NCBI RefSeq assembly: GCF_006345805.1
Contig: NC_043006.1
Location: forward strand, 91,202,001 to 91,266,000
Length of the DNA: 64,000 bases
Direction: 5' to 3'
Origin: Octopus sinensis
Taxonomy: Eukaryota
Both the position numbers and the translations under genes were made by a program. Of this stretch, positions 1 through 11,619 are shown one piece after another; positions within the stretch are counted from its first letter, which is position 1, and each line of letters opens with the position of its first letter. Below the pieces are notes generated by a model. That model worked only from the letters and a program-made list of their open reading frames with translations. It did not search any database and was not told the DNA's origin.

Positions 1-1119
1 CAAGCAAATTTATTTTAATATGGGGCAGGACTGCCTTTGGCAGTAATGGCAGCTTGAATTCTGCAAGGTATGCACTCATACAAAACAGTCTCCAGTTCTT
101 GTAGTGATGATGGAGTATTGACTCCTTGTTTTTCTAAAATGCACCATAAATGTTCAATAATATTGAGATCTAGGGATTGTGGTGGCCAGATAAGATGTTC
201 ACCTTCACTAGAATGTTCCTCATGCCATTCAGTAACAACTTCAGCAGTGTGAATTGGTGCATTATCATCCTGAAAAGTTGCATTTCCCTCCAGAAGCAGT
301 TCCACAACCATAGGATGAATTTGATCAGATAAAATGAAGGGAAACCATTGGGCTAGCAGATTTCCAAAATATAGCCCCCCCCCCCTGCAGATCATCACAG
401 ATCCCCTTCCATGTTTAACAGTTGGAAGAAGGCAGTCTAGGTCAAATGCTTCTTTTGGGTGTTTCCACACATATACTCGGCTGGTGGTCAGAAATAAGGT
501 AAACGATGACTCGCCCAAGAAAATAACATTCTTCCACTGCTCTAGGGACCAATGCTTTGTAACGTTTGTTTTTTAATGTAGTGGTTTTCTGATTGCAGCC
601 CCCCCACCTACCCCTCGCGAAACGAACAGTTTTTGTGGAAACTGGGTTCTCGAGGTCATCAAGCTCTGCTGTATTTTTTGGGAGCTGTACTTTTGTGATC
701 TTTTCTAACAATTCATGTAAGAGTCCGACGGTCCCTATCTGAAAGTTTTGGCTTTCTTCTGGAGTTTTGTTTCGATGAGGAGGTTTTTCCCTCTTTCTCA
801 AAGGCTGTCATTACTTTCGAGACAGTACTTCTTGATACACCAAACATTTCATCTGTTTTCATTACACTAGTGCCTGCCATACGTGCACCAACAATTTGAC
901 CTCTTTGAAAGTCTGATAGATCTGTCATTCTAATGAATTTAATTACCTTTTTCTGATGATATCTGAAAAGAAACAGCAATTTTAACAAAACATATTAAGC
1001 AACACTAATAATAAATTAAAAAAAAGCATAAAAATAAACAAGCTTTTGACGGTTTTATAGATATTTCAAAATTATGATGCTATGATGCTAGGTGTTTCCA
1101 TTATTTTGTCCAACCCCTG
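1..1119 (-). mobile_element. Tc1-family DNA transposon, frameshifted transposase, D(36)E spacing; left end outside window
   Basis: ORF 713..988 gives the HTH N-terminus MTDLSDFQRGQIVGARMAG; ORF 15..518 gives LLPTVKHGRGSVMI and FQDDNAPIH...WPPQSLDLNIIEHLW. TIR-like end (minus: CAGGGGTTGGACAAAATAATGGAAACACC) at 1091-1119, followed by TA. Confidence 0.92.
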
Positions 1120-1742
1120 TATACACACATATATATATATATAAACACATTCATTTGTGTATTCTCGTGTAAAACAGTGTTGTGTGCAATTGTGTTGCTT
1201 TATCTCAAAAACCATTTCATCTGTTTGATTATTTATGCACATATTCAATGTATTTACTTATTTATTTAACTTCTTATTAATATTTATCAGTTTATATTTA
1301 TTAGTATTTTTAATGTTTTACAACTGTTTTCTTTTTTAAATTCAATTTTACTTTCTCAATATGTATAAATATTTAGATTTTTTCCTTCAGCTTCAGATGG
1401 CATTATATGAAAACTGGTTTCCTTGGTTACCACTTTTGTGTATGAGCAACAATTTTCAATATTATACTTGTGCTGTTTCTGTTGAGATTGAAAGAGTGAA
1501 ATTCTAGTCAAACAACAAGTTATTTTCTTAAAGATATGAAATCCCACCACGCAGAAGAAATCAACCACATGGGACAGTTGTGGAAAGAGTACAATGTCAA
1601 AGTGTTGTTCCAGCATGACTGCAGCCATATGGCTGATGCACAGAAAAGAAATAAACTCATAAAAGAAGTATATATATATATATATACATCATCATCACAC
1701 ACACATGAATATATATATACATACATACATACATATACATAC

Positions 1743-1773
<31 letters not shown>

Positions 1774-1808
1774 CATATATATATACATATATATATATAT
1801 ATGTATAT

Positions 1809-3399
1809 CAAACAGGATGCCCCTGGGAGCTCCTCTATGCTGATGACCTTGGTCTAATTGCTGAGTTGCTATCAGAACTAGAGGAGAAGTTTCAAGTGTG
1901 GAAACAAGGATTAGAATCGAAGGGCCTTAGAATCAACCTAGCTAAAACCAAAGTCCTAATAAGTAGGAAGGCAGGAAAACCCCAAATCCCTTCAGGTAGA
2001 TGGCCCTGCTTGATCTGTAGTAAAGGTGTAGGTAAAAACTCTATAAGATGTACCCTGTGTAAGTTATGGACACATAAGAGGTGCAGTAATATCAAAGGAA
2101 GGCTAACTGGGAAGATAGTTTTTGTATGTGGCAGATGCTTGGGATTGATAAACACTGAAAATGTGCAGAGACCAACTTCCGCCACGACCCAGGGAGGAAA
2201 ACTAGAAGTAGTTGATAGCTTCCATTATCTAGGTGACCAAATCAGTAGCGGAGGAGAGTGCACTGAAAGTGTAGCTGCTAGAATAAGAATAGCTTGGGCA
2301 AAGTTCAAAGAGCTCTTACCTCTGTTGGTGACAAAGGGCCTCTCGCTCAGAGTAAAAGGTAGACTGTGTGATGCATGTGTACAAACAGCCATGCTACACG
2401 GCAGTGAAACATATGCATAAGCTCACAAGGAATGAAGCCAGTATGATCCGATGGATGTGTAATGTCAGTGTGCATACTCAACAGAGTTGTAAGTACCTTG
2501 AGAGAAAAGCTGGACCTAAGAAGCATTAGATGTGGTGTGCAAGAGAGATGACTGCGCTGGTATGGTCATGTGGTGAGAATGGATGAGGATAGCCGTGTGA
2601 AAAAGTGCCACACCCTAGCTGTTCAGGGAAGCTGTGGAAGAGGTAGACCCAGGAAGACCTATGATGAAGTGGTGAAACATGACCTTCAAACATTAGGCCT
2701 CACCAAGGAAATGACTAGCGACCGAGACCTTTGGAAATATGCTGTGCTCGAGAAGATCCGGCAAGCCATATGAGACCATTACCTGTGGCCTATGCCAGGA
2801 GCGTAACCAGCTCGCTTACGCATACCTTTTCCTTCTTTGGTCACTAAACTTTGCTTGCGAAGACCTGTTGAGGCAAGTGAAATCAAAATCAAAATCAATT
2901 TGATGACTGACATCCGTGCTAGTGGGGTGCAAAGAGCACCATACGAGTGTGATCATTGACAGAAGGGGCTATTCGAGTATAATTGTTACCAGTGTCACCT
3001 TACTGGTACTTATGCCTGTGCTAGTAGGGTACCAAGAGCACCATCCGAGCGTGATCATTGCCAGAGCAGTCAACTGGCTCCCATACCCGTGGCATGTAAA
3101 AGGGCACCATTTGAGCGTGATCATAATCAATGTCACTTAACTGGCACCTGTGTCGGTGGCACGTGTAAAAAGATTCGAGTGTGGTCATTGCCAGTACCGT
3201 CTGACTGGCCCCCATGCAGGTGGCATGTAAAAAGCACCCACTACACTCTTGGAGTGGTTGGCATTAGGAAGGGCATCCAGCTGTAGAAACTCTGCCAGAT
3301 CAGATTGGAGTCTAGTGCAGCCATCTGGTTACCAGCTCTCAGTCAAAACTGCCCAACCCTTGCTAGCATGGAAAACGGACGTTAAATGATGATGATGAT
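1809..3399 (+). mobile_element. 5'-truncated RTE-clade LINE: RT C-terminus, 3' UTR and (GAT)n tail
   Basis: ORF 1536..2420 has [38 protein letters not shown]. After a stop and frameshift it continues LRWYGHVVRMDED...GRGRPRKT (ORF 2570..2773) and ends ggacgttaaatgatgatgatgat. The upstream part of the ORF is only TA/TACA microsatellite. Confidence 0.9.
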
Positions 3400-3431
3400 A
3401 TATATGTATATGCATGTATGTATATATATAT

Positions 3432-3618
3432 GACCGCGTGTGTACCATTGGCGATTTTTTTTTCTCTGTCTTTCCTTCTCCTATGTTTCTGATGAAGAAC
3501 TCCGCTCAAAACGTTAAACCCTCCTTCTTTCCTTCTTTCCTGAGCGTCCAATAATACTATATTTGTTCCACGTCCTCGCGTTGTTGTGTTTTTTTTGTGC
3601 TTTCTTGTTTGGATTAAC
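3432..3618 (+). mobile_element. Penelope-like terminal repeat fragment with degenerate minimal hammerhead motif (3485-3519)
   Basis: gttt-CTGATGA-agaactccgctc-AAAA-cgtt-aaac: stem I gttt/aaac, palindromic AACGTT at stem III, GAAA decayed to AAAA. Bounded by TA microsatellites. Confidence 0.6.
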
Positions 3619-3627
3619 TATATATAT

Positions 3628-3671
<44 letters not shown>

Positions 3672-3699
3672 ACAGAAAGAGAAAAGATGAAAAAACAAA

Positions 3700-4830
3700 G
3701 AAAATTTATTTTTACAGGATTAAGGAGTATATTAGAGTCATAATAATAAAGTTATTAATAAGATTTTGTTCTTTCAACATAATTACAGTAAGAACTGGTT
3801 TCCCATTGCTCATCAAGCTAAGGGTAGAAAAATAGACATATTACTAAGGGAGATAATTGTTTACTCATTTATTTTACAGTACAGGGGAGGTAAATCTGTT
3901 TTTTTTTTTTTTGGTCTGTATTTTGTTCTGGCTTATATCCTACATTAGAAGTGGTAAGTCTTTTATTATGAATATGGGTTCATATTTAATTCTAGTTTAT
4001 ATTTTTGAATAAATGGTTCTTCTTTATTCAGTCTTACTTGCGTTGAGGTTCAGAAAGCAAGTTGATAAAATGGGAAAATTACGAATTATGGTTGTAATCA
4101 TTCTGCACATTTGTCAATGTGTTGACTGAGATATATTTGGCAATATTGTGGGGAGGATATTTGTTGTATGTGGATCGTACATCTCTGTCTGAGCAACATT
4201 CCTGGTGAACCAACATAGTGCGTATAAGCAGCCCAAGCATCTAATTACATAGATACTTGGAAGGCGCAAGTGAAGTAAGATTCGATTTTGAATACTTGCT
4301 CTTGCCCAAAATGGAATTCTGATCCTTCCAATAGATTGGGACATGTTCTGCAATTAGGGCGACCACTGTGGTTATAGAGAATAGTTTGGCATTTGTGAGG
4401 ATCGTCTTCAATGTCCTAGGCTGTTTGCTGCTCTTAAGGATTTTATGGTTACGCAGAATTTCCTTAAGTTTGGCATCCTTATGGAGTGTTTGGAGATTTT
4501 GGACAATGATTTTAAATGCTTCTTTGCTTCTGGGGTTGAATGTGGAGACATAAGGTAGTGTTTTAAAGGTAGGTGTATTGCTGTGTTTGGTTTTTCTTAA
4601 TGTTTTAATATCAATCGATTTTGCATGTTTAATTCCTTCATTTATGAGTTCAGTTATGTTGTGCCTGTCCTTGAGTACGTTTTTAAGCTCTTACAGCCTT
4701 AGAACTCTGGTATTTTTTTCAGACACTATGGCGCAAATCCTTCTTGCAAGGTCGAAGGGGATATTTGCATTGATATGCTTCGGGTGACAGGAACTAAATA
4801 CTAGGTATTGTTTGGTGCCTGTGGTTTTGT
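3700..4830 (-). mobile_element. Penelope-like element 3' part: RT thumb/linker, GIY-YIG endonuclease and 3' UTR (pseudogenised)
   Basis: Minus translation: YLVFSSCHPKHINANIPFDLARRICAIVSE ... LPYVSTFNPR ... KQPRTLKTILTNAKL ... GRPNCRTCPNLLEGSEF ... IYVIRCLGC (GIY) ... YVG (YIG) ... RCTIHIQQI, with stops and frameshifts. Confidence 0.88.
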
Positions 4831-4919
4831 ATATATGCATATATATATATATATATATATTATACCTATATGAATATAAGTTTGTATGTATGTTAATATG
4901 TATACAGATATATATATAT

Positions 4920-5180
4920 AAGACAAAATGGGACAAGAACACAAAACATCCAGACAGTTATGTGATTCAAAAAAGGGACAACAAAATATCCAGATAGACG
5001 ATACAAAGAAAACAAGGATGGGTCATTCGGAGTTTTCTTTCCTCATTTGAGTTCCAGATTATCTTTGCAGTTTCGATTGGTTATACTCAGATTGCTCCAA
5101 TCTGGCCAGCCCCAAAGAAAAACTAAGCTAAGAGCATTAGATTCCTTGGAAGAAAGCAGCAAATGTGTATGAAAACAAGC
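4920..5180 (-). mobile_element. PLE-type terminal repeat (family also at 13561, 37283, 49885)
   Basis: Reverse complement tgcaaagataatctggaactc..gaggaaagaaaactccgaatgaccc matches 13561-13690 and 49970-50085. It lies 5' of the PLE ORF fragment, next to (TA)n. PLE assignment is inferred from context. Confidence 0.55.
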
Positions 5181-5432
5181 ATGAAAAAAAAAAAGAGAAT
5201 GCTACACAAATACAAATAACTGGACATAACAACACACACACACACACACACACACATACACACACACACATATATATGTTTGTATGTATGTATTATTGTC
5301 TTTGTAGTTTGAGCAATGTCTAGTTTGTAGGACAATCAATGTCTTCTAGTGTCTATCTAAGTTTGTACAATAGTTAAACTTAAACAGATATCATTTCTTA
5401 CCCACATCTCCCTTATATCTATCTCCCTCTCT

Positions 5433-5472
<40 letters not shown>

Positions 5473-5955
5473 CAACTCAGTTCTGATTCTGTTTACAATT
5501 CCTGCCATCTCAAAGTGAAGCCTATGATGTAACACCAAGTTGCAAAATACACGCTTCAACAGTCTGTGCAAATGTCTGAATTTCCTGCAAAGCATGCAAG
5601 CAACAAATTTATGTAAGCAGAGGAAAAATAAAGTTTAGGGAAAAACAAAAAAAAACCCAAACAAAGCTACATAAACAAAACAATGTAAAATAAAATAAAA
5701 ACAAAACAAAACAATGCCAAAAATTGTTTGAGAGAAATATATTTCTTCATTTTCCACAGAAATAAAAACTAAGAAATGAAAAGAAACAAAGCTTTTAATA
5801 AAGGTGTTTGGTAATGAGAAAACAAAGAAGAGAACGACATTCTCTTCTCTTTTCTTATTCTCCTCTTTTATTTGGGTTTGTGTTTTGTTTTTCATTTGAG
5901 GGACATATTACAGACATGTATTTATCTCAATATTCAAAGCTTACACAAAACAAAT

Positions 5956-5994
<39 letters not shown>

Positions 5995-6528
5995 TTGTGT
6001 GTGCATGCGCCCGTGTGTGTGTGTATGTATGTATATGTGTATGTATATATATGTGCATATGTGTAACAATATATATATTGCTGTTGTGTGTGTATGTGTA
6101 GTATATGTGTGTGTGTGTATGTGCGTGTGTGTGTGTGTGTGTGTGCGTATGTGTGTGTGTGTACTGGGGAGAAAAACTAAGCATACAAAAATAATGGAGA
6201 AAACATTAAAAAAAATAAACCCACTCATTCCCTACTGTAAATAAGTTAAAGAAAAAGACAAATATTTCACCAGATTTTTATATCTGAATGTTGAATTGAA
6301 TTTTCGAGAATTTATTCAAAGAAAAAATTTCAGAAAGAGAAATATATGAATAAATAAAAATTTGACAAGAGAAAATTGTTCAAAATGTAAAGTACTAACA
6401 GGAGAAAAATGTTTAAGAGAATTGTTATGTCAGCTTGACTGAGCAGAAAGTAAAAGCACAACACAGTAATATCTGCAAGAAGAATGGTTGGCATTGGTTA
6501 TAGATATATCTTTATACAAACATTTGAA

Positions 6529-6582
6529 TGTATCTATCTATCTATCTATCTATCTATCTCTCTATATATATCTGCCTGTCTG

Positions 6583-6656
<74 letters not shown>

Positions 6657-6728
6657 CTTCTGTCTGTCTGTCTGCCTGTCTGTCTATCTATCTATATCTA
6701 TTTATCTTTCTGTCTATCTATCCTTCTG

Positions 6729-6794
<66 letters not shown>

Positions 6795-6800
6795 CTTCTG

Positions 6801-6843
<43 letters not shown>

Positions 6844-6882
6844 CTATCTATCCTTCTGTCTGTCTAGCTATCTATCTATGTC
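6529..6882. repeat. (TATC)n / (TGTC)n microsatellite
   Basis: Tandem tatc units with tgtc variants; explains ORFs 6484-7049. Confidence 0.97.
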
Positions 6883-7109
6883 TACATATAGAACTCAATC
6901 TACGTCTACTTCAGAGTGAAGCATCAGTCAAGTACAGAATGGGAATAAGAAAATTAGATGTCCAAAGCAATAAAGAATTATTTCATGAACTGCATTGGCT
7001 TACAGCTGTTTCTGCTCTAAGATGCAATAGATTCATAGTTAGCTGCTAGAGCAAAGATGTTATTCTGGCACTCAACTACACGTTGACTGCATCTTATCGC
7101 AGAAACAGC

Positions 7110-7420
7110 CATAATTGTTTATTCCTACGCCATCTCGTTTTCTTATATCTGCACTATATGCTGGCTGTGGCATCAGTTCAATTCCGTCAAGTTCCAGAAG
7201 TTTATTCTGGGTCAGTCAAGTGATATGAGATTCTGTGATGTCTTGCTGAGTATTTTTGACTCACAATGGCAGACATCCACTCCAGCTGTTTGGTCTATAG
7301 ATTGACATCAATGGTTTCACCATCTCCTACAAATTCCGTGTTCAAATGCCCATCTTTGACAGCAGGTTCCAGAAGCTGACCCTTGCTTAGTTGTTCCTGC
7401 CCTTTGTGATGCTTCATCAA
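7110..7420 (-). mobile_element. Highly decayed mariner transposase remnant
   Basis: Minus translation DGETIDVNL*TKQLEWMSAIVSQKY and QQDITESHIT*LTQNKLLELDGIELMPQPAYSAD, resembling mariner QQDNARPH...HPAYSPD. Confidence 0.65.
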
Positions 7421-7489
7421 CCAACAAGAAATAAAAACAGGATGTGGAGGATTAAAATGAATATATAAATAAATATATATTCTTTTCTA

Positions 7490-7652
7490 CTCTTGGCCCA
7501 AAATTAGATCAATCTTGGTACACAACTGGTACTTAATTTATCGACCCTGAAATGATGAAAGGAAAAGTTCACCTCAGTGGAATTTGAACTCAGACAAAAT
7601 ACTGCTAAGCATTTTGCCCAGTGTGTTAATGTTTCTGCCTGCTTGCTGCCTT
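7490..7652 (-). mobile_element. tRNA-derived SINE, family A
   Basis: Minus strand ggcagcaagcaggcagaaac (A box), gagttcaaattcc (B box), tttcatcatttcagggtcgataaattaagtaccag core. Confidence 0.8.
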
Positions 7653-7674
7653 GTAAATAAATATATATTGAAGC

Positions 7675-7998
7675 AGGGGCATGTCCTTGCGGTTAAGAAG
7701 TTCACTTGGCAGCCACATGGTTCTGGAATCAGTCCCACTGGATAAGCATCTTGGACAAGGGTTTTTGCAATAGCCTTGGGCCAACCAGATGCCTTCTGAA
7801 TGAATTTGGTAGATGGAAACTGTGGGAAAGCTCTTTGTGTGTGTTGGTTTGTTTACATCCCTGTGACTTAATGGCTCATTGATAGATATTAATAGAATAA
7901 GTATTAAACTTAAAATAAGTAACAGGGGTAAATTTGTTCAACCCTTTGAGGTGGTGCTCCAGTATGGCTACAAGCAAATGACTGAAACAAGTAAAAGA
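7675..7998 (+). mobile_element. tRNA-derived SINE, family B (Ceph-domain-like)
   Basis: gcggttaagaagttc...tcagtcccact...gccttgggccaacc...atttggtagatggaaactg, tail ccagtatggc...tgactgaaacaagtaaaag; same layout as 33595-33990. Confidence 0.75.
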
Positions 7999-8532
7999 TT
8001 ATCCCTTAACTCTTTGCAATAAGCTGCATAGATTAACCTATTGGAATATACATATTTGCATAATTGTTAGTCTGTCTGTGAAAATGGGTCACCAAAGAAG
8101 CAGCTACCTGAAGCCTAATAAATAAAACTCAAACCACTAATTATGCCTAGAAACAATTTTCACACTTTGTTTTAAGCCAAAATTTTCAGATTCCAGAGAT
8201 TAGAGAGATATTTTTTATAGACAGAGGGAGAAAAAAAAAAACAAGAGATTGTTTGTCAAGTGTTGTTAATTTATGAATGAAAAGGTCATCTTGTCATCAA
8301 TGAAAGACTCAAAACCTAATATCTGATACATGAAAATTTAATATAAAAAGACATCTCTGTTGTTTAAATTAAAATTAAATCACCCATAACATTTACAAAA
8401 CAAAGACAAAAACAGCCACAATACTTTTAATTTTAAAATATAACTGTCAACTTTTTATTTTATTTTATTTTTTGATATTTAATTGAATAATTTGGCACAT
8501 GATACCCCACCTACCTTTAGTGCATAATGCAT

Positions 8533-8563
<31 letters not shown>

Positions 8564-8944
8564 CAGTAGCAGTTGCTAGAGTAGCAATGGTCTGCTAACT
8601 ATAATAGTAGTAGCAGTAGTAGTAATGGTATGGTGATGGCTGTAGTAGTAGCTGTAGTATTGTGAAAATAGCTACAATGGCCAAAATGGTTATAATGGTA
8701 AATGTAGCAGCAATGGTATAGTGTTAACTGCAGTATTTTTTTTTTTGTCTGGTGGCAGTAATGGTATGGTGACAGCATCAAACTGTAGAAGTAATGGTAG
8801 AAGGTTAACAGTGGTATGGTGATAGGAGCGGCACCAACAGGGATACCAGCAGCAACAATGGGGACAAAAGCAACAGCAGTAACATTACTGTGGTGATAAT
8901 AGTATAATAGTAAACAGCAAATAGGGGGCAATGATGATAGTTGT

Positions 8945-8979
<35 letters not shown>

Positions 8980-9135
8980 TATTTTATGTCCATTTTCCAT
9001 GCTGGCATGGGTTGGATGGTTTGAGAGAAGCTGGCAAGCTGAAGAGCTGCACCAGGTCCCAATTGTCTGTTTTGGCATGGTTTCTACAGCTGGACATCCT
9101 TCCTTACACCAACTGCTTTACTGAGTGTATTGGGC
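8945..9135 (-). mobile_element. Short 3' tail copy of the RTE-type LINE
   Basis: (tca)n tt...gtccattttccatgctggcatgggttgga is the reverse complement of the LINE end at 3340-3399. Similar tails at ~14790-14940, ~15243-15400, 21116-21243. Confidence 0.75.
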
Positions 9136-9758
9136 GCTTTTTACGTGGGGCCCAGCATGGAAATCAGAAACACACTCCAAATCCTGTCCTTTTGGGGTTT
9201 TTTGCTAGTAATAACAATGGCCCCTGTTCCCCAGAATTGACTGATCTCATACCACAGTCTATTCTGATACTTCTGATTCCCACATTTCTCTTCCTTTTGT
9301 CAACCCTATTCCTTTCACAATCCTCCTCCCTCACTCCTGGTTTCCCATCCAATCTTTTCTCTCAAGAATGTGATCCCTCTGGAATTCTTCACCCCGCCCC
9401 ACACCGCCCACCACTTCTGCATGTTTTTCTCACAGTTGTTGACGTGCGACTGTTCAAAGTGAATGTCTCATCAGTCTTAGAATGTCTGTGGAAACCATGG
9501 ATATGGTTCCTTCCTCCAGAACCTTACAAATAAAAGACAAAAACCCACAATACAAACCCAAATGTTGGGATTCTAGCAATGACAGTCATAGAAATGTTAT
9601 CTCTCTTTTACTCATTTCAATCAATGAGCTGTGGCCATGCTGGGGCACTATCTTGATGGGTCTTAGTCAAACAAATTGACCCCAGGACTTACTTTTCTAT
9701 TGGTCTCTTTTGCCAAGCCACTAAGCCATTAAGACATAAACAAATGAACACTAGATGT

Positions 9759-9793
<35 letters not shown>

Positions 9794-11148
9794 GAAGCAC
9801 TTGTGACTCACAAGTGCATTCTACTTATCTTCTCATTCTTATCTTCTTCGTAATTCTTTAGTCAAACTCTTGTTAGTCACAAGTAATAAAGGTCTGAATA
9901 TATTTCTTCTTCTTTATCAGTCATTCGCAATGAAGGACCTTCAATATAGTCACACCCATAATAGCAGCCAAATTTATCTTTAAACACAGCCTGCCATCTT
10001 ACAAAAGCAGAAGCTTAACTCAATCAGAGTCAAACTGAAGGCAGTGGTGGTGGTGGTGGCTGTGTGGCTAAGCAGCAGCAACAACAACTGCAACAAGAAC
10101 CTCCATACACATCTTAACCATTCTGTTACCATATTTCTGATGCAACACTCTGCCTTTGTTTCAATTAATTTTTGAAATTAATGAAGGACTTTGCCATTAT
10201 TAAGTTTTAATTTTGATGAGTTTAAAGCAGAAAGTTTTGTATGAGGGAACTTGCAACAGTCAAAATGGTTCATTCAATAGTTGGTATGTTGCTATAAAAG
10301 TGGGGAAACACAGACGGGAGTGTCATGGCTGGAATACCTCTGATCATTGGTCTGTTTGATCAGAGCTGACTTCAGGTCACTAAAGACAGAGACAGACAAA
10401 AAGAGGGACAAAGATAGGCCTGAGGTGTGTGTGAATGTATGTCTGTGTGTGTCTGCCTTAGCATATGTATGTGATTGTACGACCCAACAGTGAAATGCAC
10501 CGAATTTGAAAGAGTTTAGTTGTGGCCCTGGACGTCAAACGACCAGCAGCATTCACTTTGAAGTACCGCTGATTGGACTTTCTTTTACATCATGGAGAGT
10601 TGCTGTAACGATTATCACTACTTATGTGCTGAAATATTATTCTGTTTCTTTTATTGCCAACATGAAGATTTGGCTGATTTGACAGCACTCACAACACTTG
10701 CAAATATATCTGAAAGAAAATGTTATTCCAATTTTTATAACAAATTTGGAAACTTGGCGACGTAGAAAGCCTTAGCAGCTCTTTCAATATAATTACAGAA
10801 ATGTTATTCCACTCCTTCCAACCAGTTTGAAGATAATGCTTTTTTCAACAGTCCTAGCATCTCTATTGTATTCCTGCTTTGCTGCTTTAACAGTGTTAGT
10901 ATTCAACCCCATGCAACCTTTTTACTGCATTAGTCAGCACTTATTCCACAGCCTATCACCTTACATAGTTAAAATATATAGCAAGTGATGTCAAATTAAT
11001 TTATGTCTTGCCTCATATATCCTTCAGCAAATGTTTTTAATTAATTAACGTTCACAATGGCAACATATTCCTTTGTACTCACTTTGTTCACTGCTTGTTT
11101 AAAAATTGCAAAATGATAAATTATTTTTGTATGGAAAATTGAATTCTG

Positions 11149-11211
11149 CCTTCTGAATTTTCTTCTGAATTTTCTTCTGAATTTTCTTCTGAATTTTCTT
11201 CTGAATTTTCT
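11149..11211. repeat. 12-bp minisatellite (ttctgaattttc) x5
   Basis: Direct tandem copies; produces the RKFR run in ORF 11041..11349. Confidence 0.9.
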
Positions 11212-11524
11212 TGGAACTTGACTTTCTTCACCATCGCATTCAATCCTGAATTTTATAACATTAAGTGCATGTTCCAAATAAATGTTGACTTTCTGTACTT
11301 TCTTACATTGGTGAGCATAATAATTTTTGCTAAATTGGTGACTTTCCAACGCTGGATTATTTCTTTTGGAAATATTCCCAAGAGGAAAATTTTATGGCAT
11401 AACTATGCTGCAGAAAGTATGTTTTTCACCATATTGACTACATTTTGTTTCGTTTGAACTTTGTGTGTTTATGTTTTGCTCTTTTTCAATATTATCAATT
11501 CTATGAGTGTCTATGTGTCTATGA

Positions 11525-11610
<86 letters not shown>

Positions 11611-11619
11611 CTGTTATGT

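Noticed and set aside
10650-11350. Possible hAT transposase C-terminal remnant
   Set aside because: No diagnostic dimerisation motif could be read across frames.
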